64,000 nt of DNA from Phoronis australis (taxonomy: Eukaryota > Animalia > Phoronida): contig NMRA01000186.1 in NCBI GenBank assembly GCA_002633005.1, positions 413,479 through 477,478 on the forward strand, written 5' to 3'. Below are positions 26,701-36,330 of this stretch, one piece after another. The number at the start of each line of letters is the position of its first letter. Position 1 is the stretch's first letter. Made by a program: the position numbers and the translations under genes. Below the pieces are notes generated by a model. That model was given only the letters and a program-made list of their open reading frames with translations. It had not been told where the DNA came from and searched no databases.

Positions 26701-29700
26701 GTTATGGTGACTAGGTTGGACATCTTTTAATGCAGCCACTTGGCATTTCCCACCCACTCATCTACAACAGTGTCATTTTGACCAGGTTGGACATTCTTTT
26801 AATACAGCCAATTAGCTTTTCCCGCCCAGCCATGTGTAAGTTACGGCAGTAGCCTTTTCAAAACATATCTTACATATAAGAAATATATCAGCGGATCCAT
26901 AATGGTGAACAAAGAGGGCACTGAGGGAGTTGGATCCCTCCAAAATCTCCAGAAATGTCTCGGTAAATATTTGTGTCACATTTGACCAAGATTTACCAAG
27001 CAACTAAAGAAGTAACAGCAGCAGACAAAAGCTGAATGGAAGGTTGAGAAAAATAAAACATAGTGTATTGCAGGCGCTTAGTACAACACAGAAAACAAAG
27101 CATAACGCACTGTCAAATTTATCAGATTGATTATCAAGACAAATGCTGCCACCACCACCACCAACTAAATGCCATTAAAGGCCTACCTATTTCTGGATCA
27201 ACATTATTGTGCAGCAGAGCAATCATCATGGCAGCTTCCATCGACAGTCTCTCTGGCGTGAGAATAGGAGAGAGGTACGCGTCATTGAATATGACTTCCA
27301 GGACACCATTCATTTCTGCGCGGCTGTTCCTTAGGTACATTTGCTCAACTTGACGAGCTATGGACTGCATATTGCTTTCACTCAACCTGAATAAGTGAGG
27401 CAATTATTTCACTTGAATACTTCTATCTCACAGCAAGACTGGACCAACTACTTGTACAAGTCTGACAACAGACAAAACTGCCAATGGCTGAAGGCACCAA
27501 AACAAAGTTCTATTACAATCATATTATCCCCCAACACAAGCCTGATGAGTATTAACCCATACAGTTATTTCCTGTGGGGGATTATGATTTGGCACAAAAA
27601 CATGATGGGCATGTTGTGATTTTCTGTGAAAGACATTCATGTGTGTGGGTGTGTTTTTCACATTTTCGTAAGTTTTATTTGGTACAAGGCCCAATATGTG
27701 GAATAAATAAGAGTATTACATGGCCTCTTCAGGTAGTTCCCATATCTAAATCCTCATAGAATATCCATAACATGGGCCTTGACAGCCTTACCATGTAATA
27801 AGCTGTGCTTATCAACATTATAAGGTAAGAAATAACAGCATGACAACTGAGCCCACACCTGTTAATCTGTCCCTTCAACTGTTTCTTTAATCTATCCAGC
27901 TCAGCTCTCTTCTTATCATTCTCAGGCTCCAGCGGAATCCTTTTGGCTGGTGGTACATATGCCGTCTTACTGTTACCAGTGATGACGTTACCCTCAGAGT
28001 CCCTCAGTCGGCCGTAGATATCTTCATGAAAGTCTGATTTTTTCTTGGATTTACGTTCTTTTGGCACTTGAGCCATGTCATCACTGCTATACATATCAGC
28101 AGCCTGTTCACCATCATCATCAGAATGTTCCATATTTCTATCAGTAATTTTCTCATTCCCATCATCCCTTTGGCCTACAAGACTGCCATCACTATCCCCA
28201 CCATCATCACTTAAGTCCACATTCTCATCACTAAGTTCATCACTTTCACTATCATCGCCACCACTTTCATCATCCTCATTCTCCCCTCCACCTCCATTAT
28301 CACTCAGATTATCCATTTCACTGACTTCCACATCTCTTCTCTCCTTTTTAGCTCTCTTCTTGGGCACAGGGCTCTCGTCGTCGGAACCAAGTCCTTCATC
28401 ACCTAAAAAATCAAGTGCAACTGGTAAAGCTGGGATTTCGTCATCATGACGAGTTGTTGCCAATCATTTTCACCGTCAGCAGAATTAGGCAAACTGCATT
28501 GCATCTTATTTGCCTGTTCTGTTCCACTGCAGTACTGTGCCAAGTCTAGAACAATACATACCATTTAAACCAGAATTGGCATTGTCTGACCTTCAATTCC
28601 ATAACACATGTTAGGGAATTTCAATTACATTTCCAGTAGCGTTGACTATTCGAAACAGTCAAAAAGTTACTCCATAAAAGAGCCTAGACACGACATAATT
28701 ATCAAATGTCTTTCGATTGCTCACACAGCAGGAGCACGAAATATCCAAGTACTCAAATCACTGATAATAGCACGTCCACTTCACTATTTGTGTAGTCCCC
28801 AAGATTGCTTCACAACCATTTCGCATGATGCACACCAGCTTACCTCTAACTGGAGACACAACAGCACGATGGTGTGTTTTATGGCTTTAAAATGAACAAA
28901 GAATTTGCATAGGCCTAAAGAATCAATGAAATCATATGACTGTACATTGTTGCCATGAATCCGAATGCGATGCTTATTATCCAGTGGCGGGCTGTTTTCT
29001 GTTCACACTCAAAATAGCAGCAAAAAAGAACTATTCAGTAAACAAATTGTCTGAAAGAAATTACGGACATCACATTTGATTTATTGTCACGAATGTCTTT
29101 AAGACAATGGAGCAACAGCATTAATTACCTGAGAGATCTTTGTCACTGTCATAAAGAGCATTCAGCTTATCAGAGTCAACAGCATCAAGAATGTCTTCAA
29201 TAAAAAGTTAAGTCGAAACAAATGCAAAAATGCAAAGATTTAAACTACCCATTGCACTACCTACACATCAAGTAATATCACAGCACTAACAGATGGGTGC
29301 ACACATACATCCTAGGCTAATAACTAGTGTGACTATTACGTTGGGACACGCATGAGTATTGGCTTCTTTTGATATTGTGTTGATTAGAAGAAGTAGGCCA
29401 AGCTTTGCAAAGAAGTGAGTTAAACCTTAAACATTCCTTGATTCTTGTTCACAGCTAATTTATGAAAAAATAATTTTAGTGAATGACCCCTATATCAATA
29501 TACCATACACTATTTAGGAAAGTTTGAAGGAAGTCTTAATTTTGATATTAAATTTGACTTCATTGAATTTTCACTAAAGAAATAATGTTTGTGATACGCA
29601 AATTAAAAACTTCACTCAGAACACCCACATAAAAACTTTTGATATTGTGTTGATCAGAAGAAGTTGTCTGAGTATTGAACAGAAGTGAGTTAAAACTTAA

Positions 29701-32700
29701 AAATTCATTGATTCTTGTTCACAGCTAATTTATGAAAAATAATTTTAGTGAATGACTCCTATATCAACATACCATTTCACATTAATTAGGAAAGTTTGAA
29801 GGAAGTCTAAGTGTGATTTCATTGAATTTTCACTAAAAAATAATCATAATTATTGTGATATGAAAATTAAGAACTTTACTCAGAATTACACCCACATAAC
29901 TTGACACTGAGAGAAAACTTAGAACAAATATTAAGTAGAGCCACTTTTTGGAAGAAACATGAGCATACCTGCAGACTGTGCACCAGCAAACTGAGTGAAA
30001 TGGTAAAGCCAAATATTGCATCAACGGCACCTCGGCGAGTCATTTGCTGGACATCGCCATCGCATGAGAACAAAACAAATGTTTGAAGTGGCAAAAAAAC
30101 ATTTGTATGATATCCAGCTGAAAAAACACAAAACTGGCACGCACAAAGGATACAATCTAGGCCTTCATCAGCGAACCCCTTAGGCAAGCTCTTTCCCCTT
30201 CGACGATTCATCTTCATTTGTTTTTCTAACTGTTTGATGATTTTATCCTCAACTTTGTTAGCTTCCAGCAGGCCCTCAACTCTTGTGTCATCCTTAAATA
30301 GAATGAAGCCTATTAACATTTGGCAAGCACAAAGCTGTGAAGATAAATGTATGTTTAGGTCACTATAACCTAGCCCAACACAGGCACAAGCCATACAAGC
30401 AGCCCACTGTGTCCTGAGTGTTGTACTAACATTGAAGCCCCAAACACCTAATAGAGTTCTGTCCAGCTTTTGTCAGGATAAGGAACAAGCTCCTGTATGG
30501 CACCATTACATGCACACAACAAACAGTGTGACGCAACAAATGGAAAGTCTGTCCATTTTCTTATAAGCGACAGGCAGACTTGAAAACCTGTTTCACGAAG
30601 AATGTGTTTATCGATAACAGGGCTCTCATGAATTTGGTTCAGGTAATTCGTACAAAGGGCCCAACCACAAGGGCTGCACACATCTGATGCACCACAAAAG
30701 ACATCAAACTGTCTGCACTCTTTTTACGTTTAGGACAAAGTATATACTGTAATGATTACATAATGTGTAATTTTGACAATGTTATTCAAACTGCAATTAT
30801 ACATTATTTTGCATAACAGGCTGCGCATTGTTTGAAATCTAAGAAAAAAAAGTAGTGTTCTCCTCATATGCATTAAAACATGACAGTGAAATGCTCGAAG
30901 CCACGTGTGTTTTAAGGTCTTTAAAGCTTCCATGAACATTTCAAGAATGGAAAACTTGCACATAGATAATTCATTAAGGTCTCAACTTGCAGTGCATAAA
31001 CATGTGTTCTAGATTTCAGGCCTTACACCTCTAGACAAATGCTTTTCACAACAAATCACACCTTGGCTAAATTTTCAGATTGTTCCTTGCAATCCTCCTT
31101 TCTCCGTTTTTTCCTCTGTTTTTCTTTCAGTCGCTTCTTCTGCTTCCTCTGTAACTCCTTCGCTTCTTTCTGTCGACGAATTTCGTCTTCATCAGGTAAC
31201 ATGGGCATCTCAAAAACAAACATAACAAACATTATCTAGAAACGACCACTATTTAATGAGTGAAAAACTTATCTTGGCTGCCCATGCTAAAACCAATGTC
31301 AACTGGCAATAGCAGAGTTCTCCGTAGCGCATTTTAACCAGCCGTTAAATTGAGTTTGAATTTTGCCATGACAACATTGACACATTTGCATAGACTTTGA
31401 AAAACAAGCTGAATGCAACAAATCTTAACTCTTAAGACATTGCTCATTTATACAGGATATTGTGACAGTTTGGAAGTTTTAGCACCAAAGCATTGCTACC
31501 AATTGCAAGTGTTATCTACAAAGCTCACTGTATGACAATAAACATGACTTTTTAAATTCTTCATTGATTTTGTAATTCCTGTAAAGTTTGAATGTTGTAT
31601 TCAGGAGAAAACAAAAAGCATGGAATGCATTGAGGTTCCTGCATTGACAGTACGCATGGGCTTTTTGGGAAGATTTTTGTGCTTTGGCCGCAAATTTGTT
31701 GCGAACTCGCTGAAGTAGGAGCCTGTGTAGACCAAGACTTTCCAATGCTATCAACCAAGTGTGAGCATAGTAACATTGTATATACATTGTATATGTCTTC
31801 CTGCTTTGAAAAAACAGCCCCTACTGTGAACCTTCGGAGGCTTCCTAGTATTCATTACAATGTGTGTGTCCAAACTTGAAAGGTTCCTATTGATAGTGGG
31901 CGTCCAAATGATACAGTGGGTGTCCTTGCCAGGGTGTCCATTTGGACATAGGCAGCATAAAGGCCTGCTGAGGATGCTTGTGCAAGTTTAATAAGCTCCA
32001 GTAACAGTGACTCAGGTGGTAAGTCTAGTTGCCGGGGCCCTATCCAGACCCTATTCAATCCTTCATATCTCCCACAAAAATGATCACACATGGATGTTTT
32101 ATACTTCCATCTATTTGTAATTGTTCACTCTTTACTCTTGTGCTAAAATTGTTTAGATTTAAACTTTCACTTTCTAAAAACTTAGCGCCAAACTTTGCAA
32201 ATGTTTTTTCACAGAAGCCATTGAAATTCAGGTGCTATGACAAGGACACCTAGCGTCCAAATGCGTAAACTAGTACCATACATACAAGTACGAATTTGTG
32301 ACCATATAGTCTCATACATGTAAAAGAAATATACATGCACATTATGTTGGTTAGGACGAAACTGTAAAAAGCCAGAGGTTACAAGACACTATGAAACGTA
32401 CGTGCGCCGTATCAAGGGGAGGGGCGCGGGGTAATTGCCTGCACATTTTTGGGCAAAAATGTGAAATATGCAGGCAGGTTAGGGAAAAAATCGGGCACTA
32501 AAAAAATTGGGTTATCAGTTGCCCCCCCCAAACAGAAAAGTCCAAACACGCTGGGCTGCATTTTACATGCCATGATCTGCATTGTAGAAACCATCTACAG
32601 GTACATNGTTGCCCCCCCCCCAAACAGAAAAGTCCAAACACGCTGGGCTGCATTTTACATGCCATGATCTGCATTGTAGAAACCATCTACAGGTACATCT

Positions 32701-33606
32701 ATATGCTACATGAGCAGTGGTGGGCGAGGGTGCCGGTGGCAGGGAGCACTTAATTTTGTTCCCGGGCGCCAGCAAACCAGGGACGTTAGGCAGACCCAGA
32801 GGGCAAATAGGTGGCCACCATATATGTGGTATGGGAGGGGTGCCAGTTTGAAGGCAAGGGGGCAGGGCTTCAAACTGGTGGCATTTTCTGCCCCCCGACG
32901 CTGATAAGCTGATAATCCAAAATACTCCACTGCACATGAGATTGGCAGGCATCCTTTCTATACAGGGAGTGGCAGTGTAGGGAGGTTCATTACTTCTATA
33001 TTATAGGCCCAATTAGGGGCCAGTTTTTGTTTTTTATTTTGCTTTTGTTTTTTCTAATATATTTTCTGGTTTCATGGCGTGTGGTATTAATTGTGGCCAC
33101 TGAGACAGATGAGTGAGGATGTTGGTAAATGCGTCCCCCGCTGATCTTCTGTACCTCTCCCGCCACATCTGTTCGTCGAGGTATCCCAGCAGATTATAGT
33201 CGATCACTCCAGACATGGCCTTAAATCACTGTTTTAAGTGCCTCCAGTAGGACTTCTCAACATTCTATGTGTGTGGACACCAGTAATAGGATCGACAAAG
33301 TTAACAGAGTGGTTGACTGTGTGGTGCACAAAAAGTGAGAAAAAGTGATGAGTATACATTTGACACACTTACAGGCTTCTTCTGCAGGAACGCGTTTTTG
33401 CGAGCTTTCTTCAACGACCTTTCTTCTTTTCGCTTCTGTTTTCTTGATTTTGACAAGGAACCAGCGGACAGGCCCGCGTGTTCACCTTCCATGTTTTCGG
33501 TTTCATCTTGATTCTTTTGAGTGAGGTGTTCCACAGCTACTCTGAAGCGTTTTAAGTTAGGTGGATCTTTATCAAATCTGCGTCCCGAACTCCAATTCCG
33601 TGGCAT
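8494..33606 (-). CDS. NOM1: Nucleolar MIF4G domain-containing protein 1 (Sgd1 orthologue), 15 coding exons: 33373-33606, 31062-31208, 30154-30292, 29129-29194, 27859-28402, 27187-27386, 26100-26221, 25503-25596, 23783-23888, 23073-23197, 22625-22750, 18910-19031, 15760-15924, 10069-10200, 8494-8769 (2598 nt, ~865 aa)
   Basis: Manual splicing gives a continuous frame with GT-AG introns and matching phases. It contains recognisable NOM1 motifs: GLDYILD, EDIYGR, YVPPAKR, LKGQINRLSESN (MIF4G), GFSLRKDD, KGKWWIVGSAW, LARKQRMNTDVRR, DYIDAFEKLLRL (MA3), LREGLRLF. Confidence 0.95.
10069..10200 (-). CDS. NOM1: NOM1 exon 14
   Basis: MTFQFSTWDKFKEL...SLSIFK. Confidence 0.93.
10213..10487. repeat. 28-bp minisatellite (~9 copies) followed by (TA)n
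   Basis: Unit AACAAACAAGTAGTGACGACATGCATAC. Confidence 0.95.
10815..12012 (-). mobile_element. Degenerate HINE copy in NOM1 intron 13
   Basis: AAAATGGCCACTAGGTGG and AAATTGCCACTA monomers; ATATGTGGGCACGTAAAA terminus. Confidence 0.65.
12158..15269. mobile_element. Tc1/mariner(pogo)-type TIR element with HIRAN-like coding relic, interrupted by a LINE
   Basis: TA-CCATATTCGCCCTAATA ... TATTAGGGCGAATATGG-TA. Confidence 0.75.
13402..15050 (+). mobile_element. 5'-truncated CR1/L2-group LINE (reverse transcriptase, one in-frame stop at 14246-14248)
   Basis: NYRPISVLP, QSGFRP.HST, DLKKAFDTVDH, GVPQGSILGPLLF, YADDT, LNVSKTK; (AATA)n tail; possible ATAGT target duplication. Confidence 0.92.
15760..15924 (-). 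CDS. NOM1: NOM1 exon 13 (MA3)
   Basis: DYIDAFEKLLRLGLKNQSEREIVHV...DRRFR. Confidence 0.93.
16337..17001. mobile_element. MITE with ~28-bp TIRs and TA target duplication
   Basis: TA-TCCTCGGAACAAAGTTCGACACTCAACAG ... CTGTTGAGTGTCAAACTTTGTTCCGAGGA-TA. Confidence 0.75.
17021..18669. mobile_element. Second full-length Kolobok-type copy, inverted relative to 47592-49230
   Basis: TTAA-AGGAGCATGCCACCC ... GGGTGGCATTCTCCT; internal sequence is colinear with the reverse complement of the other copy. Confidence 0.8.
18910..19031 (-). CDS. NOM1: NOM1 exon 12 (start of MA3/MI domain)
   Basis: ILELARKQRMNTDVRRTIFCIVMSAE; GTAAGT donor. Confidence 0.93.
19270..19570. repeat. Old dispersed repeat (second copy ~43040-43300)
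   Basis: Shared TTTTGATT.AG.C...AAAATTGATGTCA.ATTGT...TTAGT.AAA and ATCACTTCTCA. Confidence 0.45.
20104..22554 (-). mobile_element. Helentron-associated / DINE-1-like non-autonomous element (HINE) with an internal 450-bp (3 x ~150 bp) tandem array; best-preserved copy
   Basis: On the - strand: TTTTT-ATGCGCCCAC sub-TIR with hairpin partner, (GTCC)-type microsatellite, tandem array, then GTGGGCGCAT sub-TIR, CAACGC-TCT-GCGTTG hairpin and CTTGTT end. Confidence 0.8.
22625..22750 (-). CDS. NOM1: NOM1 exon 11
   Basis: LRMSLEDLVKAEEKGKWWIVGSAWTG; phase 1/1. Confidence 0.93.
23073..23197 (-). CDS. NOM1: NOM1 exon 10
   Basis: SRIDFMLEIILAIRNNNVRKIPNYDP; GTGAGT donor. Confidence 0.93.
23783..23888 (-). 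CDS. NOM1: NOM1 exon 9
   Basis: TGFSLRKDDAVSLKD...; phase 1/2. Confidence 0.9.
23933..24400 (+). mobile_element. Small decayed TIR element with THAP zinc-finger relic
   Basis: MIGCCVVGCSDTQAKCKGLSFHS at 24081; imperfect inverted ends TAGACTATAGA...CAACTC..ACATTTTC / GAAAATGT.GGAGTTG...TCTATTGTCTA. Confidence 0.5.
25503..25596 (-). CDS. NOM1: NOM1 exon 8
   Basis: VFHCSLIFDVLRILKDVFSQKAIEMILLVLK, read directly from the sequence; phase 0/1. Confidence 0.9.
26100..26221 (-). CDS. NOM1: NOM1 exon 7
   Basis: GAHIIQRL...FLYNFK; canonical splice sites. Confidence 0.93.
27187..27386 (-). CDS. NOM1: NOM1 exon 6 (MIF4G)
   Basis: RLSESNMQSIARQVEQMY...VDPEIG; canonical splice sites. Confidence 0.93.
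27859..28402 (-). CDS. NOM1: NOM1 exon 5 (acidic region, EDIYGR, YVPP, start of MIF4G)
   Basis: ORF 27729-28463; TTTTTAG acceptor at 28403 and AG|GTGTGG donor. Confidence 0.9.
29129..29194 (-). CDS. NOM1: NOM1 exon 4
   Basis: (Y)ILDAVDSDKLNALYDSDKDLS completes the GLDYIL motif; phase 1/1. Confidence 0.85.
29195..30153 (-). other. U12-type (minor spliceosome) GT-AG intron in NOM1
   Basis: 5' site GTATCCTTTG and a branch-like GACTTAAC ending ~12 nt before the acceptor end; the intron splits the Tyr codon of GLDYIL. Confidence 0.85.
29367..29900. repeat. ~270-bp tandem duplication inside the U12 intron
   Basis: TTTTGATATTGTGTTGAT.AGAAGAAGT recurs at 29367 and 29637. Confidence 0.85.
30154..30292 (-). 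CDS. NOM1: NOM1 exon 3
   Basis: LLEANKVEDKIIKQLEKQMKMN...FADEGLD, ending at the U12-type donor GTATCCTTT. Confidence 0.9.
31062..31208 (-). CDS. NOM1: NOM1 exon 2 (Lys/Arg/Glu-rich); acceptor may instead be 27 nt upstream at 31235, in frame
   Basis: MPMLPDEDEIRRQKEAKELQRKQKKRLKEK... is open in phase 0/0 with an AAG|GTGTGA donor. Confidence 0.7.
31735..31970. repeat. Dispersed repeat family (copies also at ~34810-35075 and, inverted, ~60510-60640)
   Basis: Shared CAATGTGTGTCCAAACTTGA..GTCCAAATGATACA..CCTTGCCA.GG.GTCCA..AAGGCCT. Confidence 0.6.
32715..32932. mobile_element. hAT-type MITE
   Basis: CAGTGG...CCACTG termini with 8-bp flanks TACATGAG / CACATGAG. Confidence 0.6.
33040..33330 (-). 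mobile_element. Merlin / ISXO2-family DDE transposase relic in NOM1 intron 1
   Basis: Frameshifted HTVNHSVNFVDPITGVHT..NVE.SYW..LK...LLGYLDEQMWRERY, the ISXO2/IS1016 C-terminal signature. Confidence 0.8.
33373..33606 (-). CDS. NOM1: NOM1 coding exon 1 (MPRNW...FLQKKP)
   Basis: ATG at 33606, basic KSRKQKRKEERSLKK segment, GTAAGT donor at 33372. Confidence 0.85.
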
Positions 33607-33940
33607 TCTGAAGACTTCTCTGGTATATCATAAACAACTTCACGTGTTGCAATGAACAGGAAGTTAGCCTACAGGTTGTTTAATATAAAACAAACTGTGA
33701 GTTGTGTAAATAATCAATACTTATTGTATAGTTAAAATGTTAAAAGTGTGTAATTCAACATGTGAATAATGACTTATGGTACAATAAAATAACTGTGAAT
33801 CAAAGTGGGAACAAAATCAGGATGAACTTTTATGGATTGTTATCTATAGAAAAATGGCGGCCTCCAGTATATGACTGACTGCTGACTGCTTACTGCTGAG
33901 GATAATTTCTGCAGTTAATCGCTATTTTTCATTTGTGAGT
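33607..33940. promoter_or_regulatory. Putative bidirectional promoter NOM1/TACO1 with a candidate non-coding first exon of TACO1 (~33850-33934)
   Basis: YY1-like AAAATGGCGG at 33851, GTGAGT donor at 33935, and an acceptor at 35971 immediately before the TACO1 ATG. Confidence 0.5.
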
Positions 33941-34039
33941 TTATTCAGATAAATTGGAACTACTTGTTTGAACTTAAGGTTTTAAATGAAATTACATAAT
34001 GCTGAGGTAGGTCAGTTTCAGAGTTTGTCCTGGGCCAGG

Positions 34040-34330
34040 CCTTTGCCTTTATCCAGGATTTCGAAAATAAATAGGGTGTCCAAAATGGGGTTCCCAATAT
34101 TCCACTATTCCAGGGCGTCCATGATTCCGACGCGTAACCCCCACCCTCAGGACCGTTCACCAGCATCCCCCCTCCCCCCACACAGGTTTTTTTACAAAAA
34201 AATGTGTAGACCAAGGTTTTTAAATCTAAGTTTACAAAAAACCTTATAGTTAGTGAGCTTTTTTATTTAAAAAAATGTGTAGACCAAGACTTTTGCATCT
34301 AAATTTACGAAAACAGCCAATTAGCTTACC
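34040..34330. repeat. Dispersed repeat (inverted copy at ~60940-61232)
   Basis: Shared CTTTATCCAGGATTT.GAAAATA..GGGTTCCCAATATTCCA..GGGCGTCCATGATT. Confidence 0.6.
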
Positions 34331-35975
34331 AAACAAATAATAGAGATATTGGTTAAATGAAGAATGCACTATGCTTTTGGTGATTTCGAGTCAAATTGAT
34401 GTTAGAAAGTTTTTCGTATCATTTTAATTAGCGTTAATATTCTGTAAAAAGAGTCATCAGAGCTGAAGTTACAATACAAGAAAAATGCACTTATGATGTG
34501 TAATTTATATTTTGGCAATGGGTGTCACTGCTTTTCCATATTAAATAAAACGCACTTTGAAATGCATGAAACTGTCGCAAACTCAAAAAATTTAAATAGG
34601 CATGTTCTTGTCACACAATATTATATTAAAATAACAACATTTATTTCGCTTTTGATGTTTTTAAAAACAGATGAAAATCAGCTCTGAAACACCAGTTTGG
34701 AGTTGCACTAAGGTATGAACTCTACATATAATATAGTAACAAGCTGCAGAGCTAAGACCACTGGGAGCATAGCCAGCAGTGGAAGAACCTTTGAAAAGTG
34801 TTGTGGATACTCAATGCTGTCAATCAAGTGTGAAGATAGCAACATTGTATATACTTTGAATATACATTGTATGTTTCTTCCTGCTTTGAAAAAAGAGCCA
34901 CCGCTGTGAGCTCACTTACCTTCAGCTATGTGCCTAGGCTTCCCATTCATTACAATGTGTGTCCAAACTTGACATTGACAATGGGTGTCCAAATGATACA
35001 TTGGACATCCTTGCCAAGGAGTCCAGATTAGTGCTAGTGCATGGACACCCAGGACTTACGCTGCGTAAAGGCCTGGTCCTGACTTAGAGTGGTTTAGGCA
35101 ATAATACATCCCCACAAAAAGTTTCAAATTTCAAAATAAAGGAAATAAAATCAAATGAAACGTGTATATATGCAAATGGAGTTACAATTAACATATACCA
35201 TAATAGTCTGGAGACGATTCAGTCAATATAATTAATTGAAAAAAAATTATGAAAATCGCGGTTTGCTCAAGTTTCTCTTACCGGGTGCCATTTTGAGGAA
35301 GTTATGTGAAATCACGCATGTTGGGGAATATAAAGTTCAAGGTACACAAATCTTACTAATTTCACCTCTCGTGCTATTTTGCAAGTGTCACACACTAGTG
35401 TCTCACGCTTGGCTCAGTCTCGCGCTAGCCTTTGCCTAGCACGTGACTCAGTTGACATACGTTGTGGTTGTTGCGCACGTTGTGAAAAAGTTAATGGCAA
35501 CCAAAAAATGAGTTGGAAATCTTCGCCAAAGTCGCTTTAATTAACACAACTAAACTTCATCAAAGATATGTATAGAAGTAGAAAGGACCACAGAAGAAAG
35601 TGAGCACTTTTTTAAGTGATAGTTTCAAGATAGTGTGGAATGTATTTTTGACGAGGTGAAAACTCAAAATCAGTGGCCGGATTTGGCCTACTGCCTGTTT
35701 AAAATACATGGAACAAAATGCGTACAGAGAGCGATGGGAAGTATTATAGCTCCTAACCGGCCAACCAAGGGTCTATGTGTTGCCTAAGAGTGGTTGGGCT
35801 TACTGGCTCTGTTACTGTTAGTGTGTTTTACTGGATGTCATTCTGTATGAATGAATTAAGCTCTTGTATTTTAAAGGAAGGTAGCTGAAAAGTATGATGC
35901 TTTAACTCAAATTTACTCAACTCAAACTTACTAGTAACTCACATATCAGTCAAGTTTTGTTTAATTTCTAGTGCA

Positions 35976-36330
35976 ATGACGTCACTCATGCTACTGGCGA
36001 GAGGAGGTCTTACACAGATCAAACTTCCCACTTCTCACGTCATCAGAACTTCTACAGGCAAAGGCATGGTCAAGGGATTGTTTTTAGAACCATGCTCCAG
36101 GACAAGCATGGACAGATATCTTTCTTGTTTGACCCTTTCTGTGACTCAACAGCGCAGTACTAGTTGCCCAGTGCCTAGTTCATGCATTGCTCAATTGATT
36201 CATGTGGAGCAGAGGCGCTATGCCGGTCACAGCCACTGGCAGAATACGAGACATATCAAGGGAGCCAACGACGCTAAGAAAATGAAAGTTGCCGACCAGT
36301 TTACCAAGAAAATCAGATTAGCAATTGCAG
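35976..36330 (+). CDS. TACO1: TACO1 coding exon 1 (mitochondrial presequence plus GHSHW motif)
   Basis: TTTCTAG acceptor at 35971 just before the ATG; CAG|GTATGA donor. Confidence 0.88.

Noticed and set aside
28075-28449. Ser-rich 124-aa ORF on + strand
   Set aside because: Antisense shadow of the acidic NOM1 exon 5.
28403-28545. Upstream TTCTAG acceptor or TTG start extending NOM1 exon 5
   Set aside because: In-frame stops arise in the required phase; the TTTTTAG acceptor at 28403 gives the correct phase.
32518-32700. ~90-bp exact tandem duplication with an N at the junction (32607)
   Set aside because: Typical scaffolding overlap artefact.
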